From NCBI RefSeq assembly GCF_018350175.1, contig NC_058368.1:18850001-18914000 (forward strand): a stretch of 64,000 bases of DNA. Direction: 5' to 3'. Each line of letters opens with the position of its first letter. The first letter of the stretch is position 1. The position numbers and the translations under genes were made by a program. The notes under the pieces are model-generated. The model was not told the origin of the DNA. It did not search any database and saw only the letters and a program-made list of their open reading frames with translations. Source of the stretch: Felis catus (Eukaryota). Below, piece by piece: positions 1 through 14,224 of this stretch.

Positions 1-810
1 CTGGAGTTTAAGGAGGTGAGTGAGGGCAGGAGGAGCCCAGGGGAAGGCCAGGGCAGCAAGGGTAGAGAAGGAAGAAAAGGGTAGAAAGGAGAGGTGTCAG
101 AAACACGGGCAGAAATGACCACGGGTCATGAAGAGCTGAGCTGGCTGCAGAGGGTAAAAATGGGTTGGTGAGTTTCTCCAGAGTGTACGAATCCAACACC
201 TTCGTTTTGGGGTGAAGAAAACGGAGGCCGTGATAACAAAGCCAGTAAGTGACAAGAATCAGGCCCCGGTTGCCTGCTGAGAGGGCAGGAGGCATAGACA
301 ATAACCAAAGAGGTAGAGCACCTCTGTATACGTGCTCACATAGCAACTTTTTATATGCCTCACCCTCCCCTCTAAGAAAGAGCACAAGCTGGAGGAAGAA
401 GTAGTTGTGCAACTGGAGGAAGAAATCTGGATAATACAACTGCTTAATAGGCTTCTATCTTCAATGGGATCTACAGGAGAGCATCATGTTTGTAATCTGG
501 TTGAGATTTCTACACTCAAAAGGCCAAGATTAACTCCTCTCCCCAAATAAAGGAACACCACACTAGCTTTGCATCACAAATGGTATACACAGTACAGAGA
601 AAAATTGAGACAGATGAAGAGGTTTAATAAATAAGTCAGACTTGGCTACAAATGGCAAAATGCCCCTTGATGCTAAACAGCTAAACCTGAGACAGCTGTT
701 CTTTAGGGCCCAGGTCCAAAATAGATTTGATCCCTGAAACGGACTTTGTAGAGAAGAAAGAAGCCTAATCATTAACTTGGAGGGGGTCAAGTACCATAAA
801 TACTTGATAC

Positions 811-957
811 TTGAACATGCACAGGAATCACCTGGAATCTTGTCCAAGTGCAGGTTCTGATTCAGTATACCTGGCATCAAGACTGAGATTCTAACAGGCT
901 CCCTGGTGAGGCTGATGCCTTTAGCCCAATCCATGGATCATACTTTAAGGAGCAAGG
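811..957. mobile_element. MER5-like hAT-Charlie MITE
   Basis: gaatcacctgga...caggttctgattcagta...tctaacaggctccctggtgaggctgatgc...catacttt resembles the MER5A consensus. Confidence 0.75.
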
Positions 958-1107
958 CCATAAAAAACATGAGGTATGAAAGTCACATTTCAAGGTATGT
1001 TTATTTCACAACTTGGTCTGCTAGCCACACAACAGTGACACATTGAGTCTTTTTCCTTCTGGTGACTGACAGACTCCATGAAATGTCTACATAGTTTGGA
1101 GGTGGGC

Positions 1108-1129
1108 GGGGGGGGGGGGGGGGGGGGGG
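1108..1129. repeat. Poly-G run (G22)
   Basis: Direct count. Confidence 0.95.
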
Positions 1130-1588
1130 AGGGAGTTTAAGTCCAGTTAAGTATAAAAGCATTGTGATTATTTAACACAACATAATTTGCTCTGGGCTCA
1201 GGGGGGAATAACATAGTCTGTGTGTTTTGTCCTGCAACAAAGGGACAGTAAAGTTGATAGTTATGGAACCTGATTTAAGTCCTCTCGAGTGGCCAAATGG
1301 ACCAAGTGTTCATTTGCATGAAAGTTCATCTTTCCTTACATGGAAAGGAAATTAACCCCCATTTGCTCTCAAATGGTCACTATACTGTTTTCCAGGAGTC
1401 CTGAGGCTTTTGTTCTGACACCTCACCAGAAAGCCCAGGCCAAGACAAGGAGCAGGGTTGCTCTAATCCAGGTACGCCATTAGTGGTAATTTCTTTCCAT
1501 AGTCTGGTGAACCTCAGTGAAAATGTAAGCCTTTGGAAGACTATCTTAAAGTCCTTGTGGGCTATTCCTCATGAGGAACAAAATTTTA

Positions 1589-1791
1589 CATTTATTTCTT
1601 TTCAAGAGACACAGAGAGACAGAGCGTGAGCAGGGGCGGGGCAGAGAGAGAGGGAGACACAGAATCAGAAGCAGGCTCCAGGCTCAAAGCTGTCAGCACA
1701 AAGCCCGACGCGGGGCTTGAACCCACGAACCATGAGATCATGACCTGAGCCGAAGTCAGACGCTCAACCGACTGAGCCACCCAGGCGCCCC
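1589..1791 (-). mobile_element. Can-SINE (felid SINEC type)
   Basis: Reverse complement of GGGGCGCCTGGGTGGCTCAGTCGGTT...(CT)n...A-tail. TSD gaggaa(c/a)aaaatttta at 1573-1588 and 1792-1807. Confidence 0.97.
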
Positions 1792-1844
1792 GAGGAAAAA
1801 AATTTTAAAAACTAGCCTTATGAAGCAATGTGGCCTTCTTTGGA

Positions 1845-2030
1845 GATCTCGACTCAAATCTCTGCCAGTTACTCGTTATACGACCTTAGGCAAATTACTT
1901 AAACTTTCTGTTTCCTCCACCATAAAATGAGGACAATAGTTACCCAAGGTTCCAGTAAGGTCACGTACTTTGAGCGTGGAGCAGCTCAGTGGCTGGCCCA
2001 GTGAGATTCAAGGGTAGGGTTATCATTGTT
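1845..2030 (+). mobile_element. MIR fragment
   Basis: gaccttaggcaaattacttaa...tttcctc...taaaatgagga is the MIR core. Confidence 0.7.
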
Positions 2031-4049
2031 ACCATCAGGGCCACCTTCTCCAACTGACCCAACCAATCCCAGTTTGCACTGTACTAAATACACACATCAC
2101 TGGGTAGGCTCTGTTCTCAGCCAGCTTACATTCCAAGCCAGCAACACATAGAAGTCACACCCACTTTTTAAACATTGGTGATAATTCTTGATTTCTTTGT
2201 AATCATCTAAGCATTATGGTATTCAGGAAAGAAAGTCTACAAGATGCACAACCATTCTCTTCACTGTCCCCCGTGCCATCTCACCATCAATCCTTCCCTG
2301 TCTTTCTGGTCACCCTCATTCTGTTAAAAAAAAAAAAAAATAGCATAGCATCCCAAAGCACTCCATATCTCCCCCAGTACAGTGCAAGCAGGAACGGACT
2401 GCCCTTTTTCTGCTGACTTAGTCCTGAACACATGGGGAGGACCATTTACTCAAAGCAAAACCCTGGAGGACCATTATTTTACAAATAAGTATGTGATTAA
2501 TACTTTTGAGTCCATAGTCTTTCCATATATATTATCTCGATCAATCCAACAATAACTGTGTTTAGTATTTAGGACCACTATTCTTATTATCAATACAGAT
2601 AAAGTCTCAGAGCTTGAGAGAAAAGACATGTTCATGGCCACCCAACCTTTCTGTATGTTCTCTGATTTTCGAAGGCAGAGATCTCCCCAATAAGAAGGTG
2701 ATAGGGAGGTGAAGGTATTTTTGTTATTGGAACCATCTACGTAATTCAATTACACACGATTCTGACAGAGACCACTGGGGCCCATTCTTACCAGTGTGAG
2801 CTGCGCCCCTCTAAGATATCAGGGTCTGTAAACCACAGCCCACAATCTGAAGGCCCTCAATCATAGCTTAAACAAGATCTCCTGTGTCTGAATGGCAACA
2901 TTGAGTCAAGGCTGAAGCCGAACCCCTGCATTCTCCCCTTGGTAAACGGTCCTGCCCTATTAAGAACCTTCCCTTGAGCTTGCATCGGTCCCCTTGCCAA
3001 TTCAGGGCTGAAAAGAAACAGCCGGCCTTGGAGTACTCCCATGCATCCTGAGGGTCACAGAGGACCCCGTTCTCAAATGAAAAAGCTCCTCTCTCTTCCT
3101 CTCCTCCCTCCCTGCCCCCATACACACTTCTGGGGCTGAAACGGCCTTTTCAACAGAATTAGAGATGTGCTACAAAATCTTCATTAAGTAATTCAATAAT
3201 GTGTATATCTGGTACTTACTCTGGTCCCAAACAGAAAGGAATGTGCCCAGAAGCCAGCAGGCAGAGCCACATTCTTCCTGTCACCCTGTAACAGCAGGCA
3301 GGCTAGTGGCGGGCTGGCGGGCACTGCTCTGGGGACAAGTCCCCAGACAGCACTGCTTTCCCGACATCAAAGGGCTGGATCTCCTCTTCAATTTGTAACT
3401 TGGATTTTCCTCAGTTTCAAATCATAGCCTGACAGATGTTAAAGTCTGACAGAGTATAAAATCATCCTCTGCCGAGTCAAGAATATGACAAGCAAGAGGG
3501 AACATGGAATAAAAGAGGTCCCAGTTCAGAGAAGGGGAATGGAAATCTACCCACAGCGAGCGGGAGAACATGAAGCAGTGAAATTGGCTCTTCACATGGC
3601 ATTCGGCACAGCGGTGGTTATTCTGTCAAGTATTGTTCACGGAACATGGTGACAAATGGGGAAGGGCTGTGCCTTGCCAGTGGTATTTAGTTTAGTTTTT
3701 CTGTTTTCTTTATTTTTTAGGAGGGGCAGTCACAAATGATTCCAAGTTATTTTTAAATTTCTTTCCCTAAAAATTCTGGTTGGATTCATGACCATTTCAA
3801 CTGATACAATGTTATTTTCAAGAGGGAACAAAAACAAATTAATGAAATCAACCAGTCTGGCCCACTAACGTGGGGGGAAAAATCACGTAATACTAAAACT
3901 TTAAAAGAAGACTTAGTACTTTCTTGAATGGGTTCTTTCAGTTATATTCACACAAACATGGCTCACAGGGTCACTATCCACCCAAATTGGTGGGGTGGTT
4001 TTTATAAGCTAAGTTATTCTTGCTTTGCCCTTTGTAATGTCACTAATTC

Positions 4050-4197
4050 TGGGCTACTCAAAGTGTGTCAGGAACCAGCAGCAGCACCTGAGAGCTGGTT
4101 ACAAATGCAGGACCTCAGGCTTCCCCCCAGACCTAATGAGTCAGAACCCACATTTGTACAGAGGTGATTCATGCACACATTAAAGTTTGCTAACCAC
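4050..4197. mobile_element. MER5A-like MITE
   Basis: ctactcaaagtgtg...cagcagcacctgagagctggttacaaatgcag...ccagacctaatgagtcagaa...cacattaaagtttg. Confidence 0.8.
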
Positions 4198-4791
4198 CAT
4201 CTTGCAAAACATTTATTATTTAAAAATCATTTAAGCCCATTTTAACAGCCCTGCCAAGAAAGTCTTCCCCAGAACAGGCCAGCCTTCCCCTAAGTCCCAT
4301 TTATGGATGCTTCCCTGGTAACCAGGGAAATAACTCCAAACTTAAGCTTGTGTAAAATACTTTTAAAATAAACTCAAAATCCTTCTTTTGATGTATGCAA
4401 CATTTTGGGTGAGGGGAAACATTAAAACTATTACAAGCTTTCCACAAAACACCACACCTGCCACTATTACTACTGATGATCAAAAATATACACTAAACAA
4501 AAACAGAAACAGGTATCCACATTAAACCAACAATATCAACCGAGCAATAAATGTGGCAATAAAGATTCAAGTGAAGAATGTAATACAAAAAATGGTCTTC
4601 AAGGTCAAATTATTTGCAAAATTAGTCTTGTTGAGGAATATCTGCTACACAATTCAGGAGAAAAAGAACTCTGTCCTACTGCAGCATGGGGATTTTTCCC
4701 CACACAGCAGTCTCTGTGCGCAGCATTTTAAACTCATTATCGAATTCAAACCTATCACAGCCTTAGACGGTGCACACTGTTTTAGTCTACG

Positions 4792-5073
4792 TTTTATTGA
4801 TGCTTAATTTACATAGAGCCAAGCACTGGAATCTGCTGTGTACAGCTCTATGAATTTTTACATTTGTATATCCCCATGCAACAACCACCCAAATCATTTC
4901 CAGCACCCTAGTAGTGGGTGGCCCTCTCACACCCCACCTAGTCGGCCGCCCCTTCCCCATAGGTAAGCACTATTATTACTTCTAGCTCATACACTACTTT
5001 TGCTTGTTTACTGGAATTCATACAAATGGGATTGTGCAGAACGTACCTTTTTGGGCCTGGCTTCTTCCACTGA
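4792..5073 (-). mobile_element. Old L1 (L1M) 3' end
   Basis: ttttattga...tgtacagctctatgaatttt...catacaaatgggattgtgcag...tggcttcttccact is the reverse complement of an L1M 3' UTR. Confidence 0.75.
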
Positions 5074-5079
5074 ATAGTC

Positions 5080-5900
5080 CCAGAAGGATCAGTGTGCACA
5101 GAGAAAAAGGCATGCCCTGCTGGGTGTGGAGAATAGTAAAACAACTCCAGGGGGGAGGAGAGTATCTTACAGCACGGAAGGTGCGCTGGTACAGGAGTCT
5201 GCAGGAAAGGAAGCTAGAAAGGAAGCTGGGCCTTTCAGATGGTGAATGGCCTGGAATGCCAGTACAGATTGTCTGAAGGTGTCTGAGATAAATGCTCTAA
5301 TTCGAGTAACATGTCAAGGGATCTGACATGGTAGCCTGTCCAGAGCAGAGTGAGGAAGAAGGACACTGGACACAGCAAGCCCAGGGTAGAGGCCCAGAGA
5401 TGAGACAGTAGGCACCACAGGGGAGAGAGGGGAGACCCCAAGGGAGTTTCATCCAGATGCTCCACCAAGGAGGCTGGAGTTGATGGGAGGAGTTTCCATG
5501 GCTCCAAAATTAGACTCTTGAAAGAGTGGCAGAAAGTGCTATTCAAAACATAATGAAGCAGTGGGGGGAGCTGGTTTTAGGGAGGAAGATGAGTTGGTTC
5601 GGTCACCAGCTGGTTGAAAATTAGACTAAAAGTTGGGGAGAAAGATGTGGAGAGGTAGATACAGGAGATTATGGGAGGTGAAAAACAAGACAGCAAGAAC
5701 CAAGTGGTCTCCAGAAACCACGTGTTGTCAAGGCACCGGGCTAAATCCGGTGAGAAGAGAGACCATCACAAAACAGCCTGAGGTACAGGAGTGAATGAAC
5801 CCTGGGGAACACTCACTCAGAATAAGAAAAAGGAGTCTTGCAAAAAAAAGGGCCAGGGATAGGACAGGAGTGGGATAAAAACCGAAAAATGGGAGCATAA
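5080..5900 (-). mobile_element. Degraded L2 fragment(s)
   Basis: Purine-rich tract with L2-like motifs (ggcctggaatgccag, ggaggaagatgagtt). Boundaries approximate. Confidence 0.45.
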
Positions 5901-6697
5901 ATTTAGCAACAATTCCTGCAATCAGCATTCGATTTAAGGACACTTGTTCTCCAGTACAACCACTAGAAATGCTGACACAGGTTCTCCAAGAAAACACAAG
6001 GTACTTCAGAAGCTTCATTAACTCTTTCTAGCATCTTCAAGGTATTACTTTGCAAATTACTGTCTGGGTATGCTAAACTTAGTAAATTATTGTTTGGGTA
6101 GACTAAATACCAACCTAGTATTCAGAAAGAGTTAATGGAGCTGCCGAACTGTCTCATTTACTCCGAAGGTACTTTTCTTATTCAAGACTCTAACTCAATT
6201 TGCATATCACCAAGGATGATTAAAAGGCAATCCAAGAAACTGGGCATTCAAATTTCTGTCCAAATCAGATCTAACAGATCCAATACTTAATTTAGACTTC
6301 CTAATCGTCACAGATTATAGATGATTAGCAACCAATCAACAGTGGTCCTGCCTAAAGAAATCCACTACAAATAAAAGCTGAAAAGAGAGAAAATGCCTGC
6401 ACAGGAATGAGGTCTGAAAACATGAGCCCGAGCCACGTCCAGTCTGTGCCTAAAATTATCCCACAGGCACAGATTATAACTCAACCCGCCTCCTGTTTGC
6501 CTTCACTGCATTTGTCTCCCTCCCCCTTCACCAGACTACAACTTCTACCAAATGACAAATGATAAACTGGTTTGCTAAAGCCCAGCCTGTGGGAGATATT
6601 AAATAAGAACCCCTAAGATGAGGCATGCTTCTTTTCTCTAAATGATGACAGGAGATAATATGAAAAGAGGAATTTAGCTTTTGACTTGAAGCTAATT

Positions 6698-6910
6698 AAA
6701 AACAAATTTTTTTTATGTTTATTCATTTTTGAAAGACAGAGAGACAGAGCACGAGTAGGGGTGGGTGGAGACAGAGGGGGACACAGAATCCGCAGCAGGC
6801 TCCAGGCTCTGAGCTGTCAGCACAGAGCCCGACGCGGGGCTCGAACTCATAAACCGCAAGATAGTGACCTGAAGTTGGACGCTCAACCGACTGAGCCCTC
6901 CAGGCGTCCC
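6698..6910 (-). mobile_element. Can-SINE
   Basis: SINEC reverse complement. Perfect TSD acttgaagctaatt at 6684-6697 and 6912-6925. Confidence 0.97.
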
Positions 6911-7544
6911 AACTTGAAGCTAATTTTTATCTGCTCAAGCCACTTCCAGTTATGCTGCCAATGATATTTTATATTATTCTCTAAATGAACTTACTCTATT
7001 AATCAAAAGCAAGTTGGCAAGTGTTATACATAATATTAAGCAGTGATCTTTAAAAGATAATGCATATAAAAAAATGGAAGCACTACTAAAACACTTGTAT
7101 TTGTTTCACTAAAGTTATATAGCCCACTGCCTTATTTTTCAGATTTTAACCATATTTTTAAAATTATAAATACAAATTTAAAGCCAAATTTGTTCTCATC
7201 AAGTCTCCAAGAAACATGAACAAAATCTTCTGAACTGCCTAACACATTAAACACGAACACTTCCCTATAACATCATTTCGAAATTCTTATTAAAATTCTC
7301 AATGGTTAAATGCCTTTTTTGTCAGATTGGCACTTTTTGGCACATGTTTTACAAGATGTCATTCATGCTTTGCTGTTCTTTTGAAAAAGATACAGCAATA
7401 ACTAAAAGCATGTCTTTGTACAAGCACATTTTTATCATTAACATCTTGATTTGATAAATACTTTGAAACAGATATATCACCAAAGATCCTCAGTTCAGAC
7501 CTATTATGTGTAATAAAGAAAAAGAATCATAAGAATTGTGGTTA

Positions 7545-7748
7545 GGGGCACCTGGGTGACTCAGTCGGTTGAGCATCCGACTTCAGCTCAGGTCATGATC
7601 TCACAGCTTGTGAGTTCAAGCCCCGCGTCGGGCTCTGTGCTGACAGCTCAGAGCCTGGAGCCTGCTTCGGATTCTGTGTCTCCCTCTCTCTCTGCTCCTC
7701 TCCTGCTCTTTCTCTCAAAAATAAATACACATTAAAACTAAAATAAAA
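7545..7748 (+). mobile_element. Can-SINE
   Basis: SINEC head and tail. TSD aagaatt(g/a)tggtt at 7531-7543 and 7749-7761. Confidence 0.97.
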
Positions 7749-7770
7749 AAGAATTATGGTTGAAAAATAA

Positions 7771-7867
7771 GGTGGCCCTCCTTGCTGGTTCAATTGATGG
7801 AGCATACAACTCCTTATCTAGGGATCATGAGTTAGAGATTCACATGGGGCACAGAAATTACTTAAAA
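7771..7867 (+). mobile_element. Short tRNA-Lys-like Can-SINE (diverged)
   Basis: Degraded A/B boxes, ending agaaattacttaaaa. Confidence 0.7.
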
Positions 7868-8121
7868 TATTTTTAAAGTTTGTTTGTTTGTTTGTTTATT
7901 TATTTATTTTGGGAGGGAGGGAGGGAGGGAGGGAGGGAGGGAGGGAGAGAGAGAGAGAGAATGAATGAATATGCATGTGATAGCGAGGGAGGGGCAGAGA
8001 AGAGGAATAGAGAGAAAAGTCCCAAGCAGGCTCTGCAATGCACGCTCAAGAACTGTGAAATTATGACCTGAGCCGAAATCAAGAGTCAGATGCTCAACAG
8101 ATTGAGCCACCCAGGAATCCC
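7868..8121 (-). mobile_element. Can-SINE with (GGGA)n/(GA)n expansion
   Basis: ...gacctgagccgaaatcaagagtcagatgctcaacagattgagccacccagg. Confidence 0.9.
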
Positions 8122-8871
8122 AAAATAAAATCTTTAAAAAAGAAAAATAAAAAAAAGGTAACTGGAACTCTATGGAAGTACATACATTGTTAATCATGAA
8201 ATTATATATACATAACCTCCAAAGCCAAGAGGCATTGGTTGAAATCACACACAGAAAAATTCATGTAAACTTTAGTAAAAGACAAGCATTCTGGTTTTCT
8301 TTTTAATTTACTTTCAGTTCCATCACCATAGGAACAAATTAAATTTTTGACCTTTTTTTTTGGGTAAACTAGCTATAGATTTAATAACCTACCTACACCT
8401 TAGCTGTTGCTTATGCTTCCCCTAACTTTCTGAAGGTGAATGTGAGTGACGGAACTAGGAAGTGAACCAAGGAATAGTGAAATCTATTCTCTGGCATTTA
8501 AACTCGTCATCTGTAAAAAATCAGGCCTGCCATACACTTGAGAAATTTTCAAATGACAGAGGTATAGGAGATAAATAAAAGCTCTCAAAGGAAATATGAA
8601 AAACCTTTTTCTCCCCAGTCTCACTTTTGAGAACAAGAAAAAATTTTTTTAAGTTCAAAGCCTAAAACTCATTAATACAGATCCCTTAGGGATTGAATGA
8701 GAAGAACACGGGAAGATGCATAATCAATGTACATGTTTAATGTAAAAAAGAATGAGATCCACGTAAGCAATATAAAAGATTATTTCAAACGCCATTGGGG
8801 AGATAATTTATCTTTAATGGTTAATACGGTTTTTTAATGCTCATGATTTTTTCTACACAAAAACACTTAGA

Positions 8872-8980
8872 GGGGCACCTGGCTGGCTCAGTGGGTAGAG
8901 CATGAGACTCTTGATCTTGGGGGTGTGAGTTCAAGCCCTACACTGGGCCTAGAGCTTACTTTAAAAAATAAATAAAAGTA
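8872..8980 (+). mobile_element. Short tRNA-Lys-like Can-SINE
   Basis: ggggcacctggctggctcagtgggtagagcatgagactcttgatc...agagcttactttaaaaaataaataaa. Confidence 0.92.
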
Positions 8981-9690
8981 AATCATTTAGAATTTAAAAA
9001 AAAAAACTGGTCTTTTAATTTCATCCCAATACAATGCATTCTATCTAGCAGGCATGATTTACAAAGTCCCCTAACAACCATGTTTGACCACCAACTGCCA
9101 AACATTTTAAGGCTTTTCCAGGGTTTGTTGCCAGAGATTGACAATATATATCCATTTTAGCTGATGCATCTAAAAGATGGTCCTAAATACAAAACAAAAC
9201 AAAAACATACTATGAAGCTCACTGACTTGATAAGCACAATTTTCTGCATGAAACTCACACTACCAGAAAATCAGTAGAGTTCAAGGTCCCAATCTAGAGG
9301 CAAATTTTTGTGAGATGAATAAGGGATAAATGTGAACACAACACCCACAACACACACTGAAGTCACCCTTCACCCTCTCACTGTCTTAGTCCCTCAACAG
9401 CTACACCACTGTTAGGGCCATTTCCTCAGCCATTTTAATGGAAGGCCCTGGCAACAACCTTCCAAGCCTCTTTCAACTTCTTACTATACCTATGCTTTTT
9501 ATTCCCATTTTACTTCTACCTACCATTTCAATACAAGGTGATAAGGAGAAACAAGATGTATCACAAATCAAGTAGGTTAGATGTGGCTTTTTGTGGTAGC
9601 TGATGTTCTTAATTACACTGACTGTAAGGTCAAAACATGTTTGTTATCCAGTTGAATCCAAACCAGATCAAAACCCTAGTTGGCCAATTT

Positions 9691-10007
<317 letters not shown>

Positions 10008-10017
10008 TGGCAAGTGA

Positions 10018-10220
10018 GGGGTGCTGGGTAGCTCAGTCAGCTGAACGTCCGACTCTTGGTTTCGGCTCAGGTCATGATCTAAGGGTTTGTGAGATGGAGC
10101 CCCCGTCCCAGGCTCTGCACTGACTTCATGGAGCCTGACTGGGATTCTCTCTCACCTCTCTCTCTGCCCTTTCCCCACTCTCTCTCTATCTCAAAATAAA
10201 CAAACATTAAAAAGAAAAAA
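10018..10220 (+). mobile_element. Can-SINE
   Basis: ggggtgctgggtagctcagtcag...ctcaaaataaa. Confidence 0.93.
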
Positions 10221-10910
10221 GCAAGATAAAGTACAGAATTTCTTTAAAATGGTATATAGGATTTAAATGTTTACCTTAAAAATATAAATGTAAATGTGCT
10301 TGAGATAAAAGAAAAACCTGTGAGATGTCATCCTCAGGCTGGATTTCCAGTTGTTCTTATAAATCTACATTGCATTGTCACCAAGTATTTACATTTGCTA
10401 TTTCTTTACAGTGGAGAAGGAATCTTCCCATAGCACAGCAATCCAACTACAGAATTCTCCATGGTCTCCTCCTAATCTTTTATAGGGTCTGAGCACACCT
10501 AATTTATCAGCAATCTAAGTATTCCCAAAATGTTCTACTTCATTTTCCTAAAAACAAGTATTTTGTCCATATTTAATGGGTTCATTTGTTAGTTAATTAA
10601 TTGGGAAAACAAGTACAACTGCAAACCAAGTTCCAAGAAAAAGACAACTAACTCCAGGCACCAGAGGCTAGCTCAAGCAGTCAGAATGCCACATTCAACC
10701 AGTAAGGGGCTTTAGGAGAGCGTGGGTTAATGTGTGTTGGGAAACTGAAGGTCAACTGGGGAGCTGCGACAGTCTCCATGCTGGTGTTGATGCTGGTGTT
10801 GCCACAAGGACGTCCCCTGAGGCTTTTGTGCTAGGCAAGGGTAAAGATTTTTTTTTTTAATGTTTATGTTTAATATGACAGAATTAGGCTGAATTGTTTC
10901 AACTTCGATT

Positions 10911-10913
<3 letters not shown>

Positions 10914-10966
<53 letters not shown>
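10914..10966. repeat. (CA)n microsatellite
   Basis: About 26 perfect units. Confidence 0.98.
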
Positions 10967-10969
<3 letters not shown>

Positions 10970-13599
10970 CTTGCCACCCAAGAAGCACTTATATTAACAC
11001 TTTAAATGTGTAAGAATTGAATGTCATTACTTGTTCCTACAAGTCCATCTTCTGGAAAATCTGAATGGTGGTATTATATATATATGTGCCTGTATGTACA
11101 TGCTAGTTAATGTGCACATATGACTGCATGTAACTCCCAATTATCTCATAATTACCTGATGCCAGATAATTTTTTTTTAATTCTCCTAAGCTTTGGAATA
11201 CACAGTACTTTCTGTATGTGGCTCTCTTAGCATGTTTATCTTCCTATGTGATCTACACTCCTACATTAGAATTGATTTGGACATTTTCAGCCTAGTGTCA
11301 GACTGGTCCTAGTCAAGGACACCAAGCCACCAGCATCACCAAAAGGGCAGACATGTAACCTATACTGCAGATGACTGAAAGGTGATGCTATTTAATCATC
11401 ACGAGCCTTTCCCTGCGGGAAGCTCTCTTTGAAAATGTCATTAACAGGCAATACAGTTCTAAACCAGACAGCTCTGCATTTGCTCACATATTTGTAAATA
11501 TTACTGTCATCCCTAAATACAGTTCTATGTGGAAGAATAAACCACAAACCGCTGGGCTAAAATATTATTCCCCCCCCCCCCCAGACAGAAACCAAAAGTA
11601 TACTTATTTAATATTACGGAGAGTTAAACAGCTATATGTTAATTCCTTTCTAAAATCCAACTGGTTCCTCTTTGACAGAACTGCTTTCCTCTTAAACTGC
11701 TACAGGAATGCAAATTTTGCTATGAATAATCTTATTTGTTAAATGCCATAGAAACCTGAATTATTTGTTTCCAGAATTTACAAACTGGTACATTATTTCG
11801 TGATTTACTGAAAATCAAATGAATAATACTGGGTAGTGATATTCTTTATCATTTACATACATATATCTATATATAGATACACATATATGATATACATATA
11901 TGATATATATATATATGTGATTTAACATTTTTTTAACCTTGAAGTTTGTAACAGCAAAAGCCAAAGGCAATCCTAAGAAAACTAACTATGCTGTTATGTT
12001 AAAGTCCTTTTAAGCATGCTTTCAGATTGACAAAATCAGTAACTTAAATTTTCCAAAATGATTAATACACACATACACACTTTTGATCAACTGTAATCCA
12101 GTCCCCACTTTTAGCCTGCAAAACCACACACTGTAGAAAAAAAAAATAGTAAGAGTCAGTTACTAGTACATGTCTGCAGAAGTATAGCAACAGTAAAACT
12201 CTTAAAATCCACTGTTTAATCATATTTTATTCCCTGATCATGGAATAAGTGGATGATTTCCGGGATATTTTGAGGATAATTCCAATGTGTTTACAGATGC
12301 TCCATTACAATTTTAAGTCCAAAGCGTCACAGTTGGTGCTTAAAACTTTAACAGTATTATTGTCACTGATACACATATGAAAACTCCCCTGCCCAACAGC
12401 ACCCTACTCTTAAATACAAATGATGGATGAGGACATGCCCCCCCCCCCGCTTTTCCAGCATTACCTCTAGTAACCCAACTCCCACTACACTGTCCTTCTT
12501 GATCCCCTTACCAGCTCACCCTCTCCCACAAGCACCCTCCAGTCACAGGTGCTCCCACTACCCTGAATTTCCTCCCTGCCCAGCCCTACAACTGCCCTAG
12601 CCTGTTGAAATTCTACCCACACTTTAGCACCCATTTAAGAGCGAGGGCAGTATTCTTCCTGGTGCTTCTGACCCAACATGACCTTTCCAGTCCCTGAAAC
12701 CCCATGACATTCCCTTTCACAGTTCTCTCCAGTCATGTGCCCACCATACTTACGGATCAGTAGCTCTAGAAGCCCTGACCAGTTGTTAGCCACTTCAAGA
12801 AGAGGCTGTGTCATCACTGACTGCACAAAGGGAAAGAACACCACCACTGGTGACTAGTGAAGGTGCAGGGCTAGCAAATACAAGCAACTAATGTGTAACA
12901 GGATACCCCAAATTGTACCAGTTATACTGCCAACCCCAACCACGAGGAGATGCCTCTTAACATCAGTTGACAGGTTTAAAGCTAATTAAGTATGAACCTT
13001 ATAAGCTAGAAGATGTGCATGAGTGAATTGTGAAAATACCAACAAATCCGGAATAATAGAAAAGATATTCTGACACAGTAATACAGTGGAATTTACTGAA
13101 AGGCATGTTCTACTTAACCAAAATAGTGCAAAAGCCATTTTTCTAAATGTTTGATGGCAAGATAAAGCAAACGTAAAAACTGAAGATCAAAAGAACATCC
13201 ATTACTTTAGTGACCAAGGTGGTTTCCAACACACCAAGTTGACGATTTACCCAAGTGAGGTTATAACATCCTTCAACACCGAGACTACACCACACCCATC
13301 CTGTCACCTGAAGCTCTCTAACCTAAAACAAACTGCTTCAAGGACTAGCAATATTTCAGAAGCAGTGCACCAGCTTCTGTCAGCTTATGAAAAAGGGGTT
13401 TTAAGTGGCTACACATGATGCTTTCTGGGTTTTTTTGGAAGGGCAAGGCACCAACAGGGAGAGGCTGAGGAAGGCTACGGAAGTGGATGTTCATGCTAGA
13501 CTACTCGCCCAGGTGTCCCCCTGTCCCTCCATTCTTCCCAAGCCATACTGTCATCTGGGAGCCCTTCATCCCCACCATCCAGCTTCCCTGCTGCCATTC

Positions 13600-14050
13600 C
13601 TGTTCCCCACTTTTCAAAAAAGCACCTCTGATCACATCCTCGGCCCTGCGGAAAACCCCTTTTTGGCTTCCTTTTTCCAGGATGGAAAAGTAAAGATCAA
13701 CATATAGATGCCACCAGGTAAAGATCAAGTTCAGGCCAGGCTCTCAAACCTGACCCTGCCTGCCTCTCTACAGCTTCGTGTCTCACCCTTCTGACTTCGT
13801 ACGTGGGCTACCAAAACATATTGGGTCATTTCACGCTTCCCAGAGGCTCTCCATAAACCCCTCAAATCTGCTCCTGACCAGAGGTCACTGTTGCCTCCCA
13901 CCACGTCTCTCCCATGCGCCTTGTCTTTCTGTTACAGAAAGAGGCACACGGTTGCGAAACTCTGCAACAACTGGAAAACTGCAGCACAGCGGTTGTTTCC
14001 TTCTCCTACACCCTGAGTACCTAACGGAGTGCTGCAGATACAGCAGGGAG
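13600..14050 (+). mobile_element. Degraded L2 3' region
   Basis: ccacttttcaaaaa...tctgatcacatc...aaaaccccttt and a terminal cctgagtacctaacggagtgctg. Confidence 0.5.
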
Positions 14051-14224
14051 TCAAAGAGTGGACGGCGTCTACATCAGTGCTGCAACCCTCGGACTACTGT
14101 AACATTCCAGATCCCCAGAGGCAACAACTAGGCGCTGAAGAGGAGCTCCAGAAAACCCACATTTTTCTCGCAGACTTTCAAGCTATACTTGCATGAATTT
14201 CCCATTTGAAGCTTTTCACAGCTT

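Noticed and set aside
1592..1780. Recurrent MAQSVKRLTSAQVMIS... ORF family
   Set aside because: This is the translation of Can-SINE bodies, not a protein family.
8872..8980. tRNA-Lys-like sequences (also at 22363, 29733, 35950, 45557, 51731)
   Set aside because: They have A-tails, often TSDs, and broken stems, so they are tRNA-derived SINEs and not tRNA genes.
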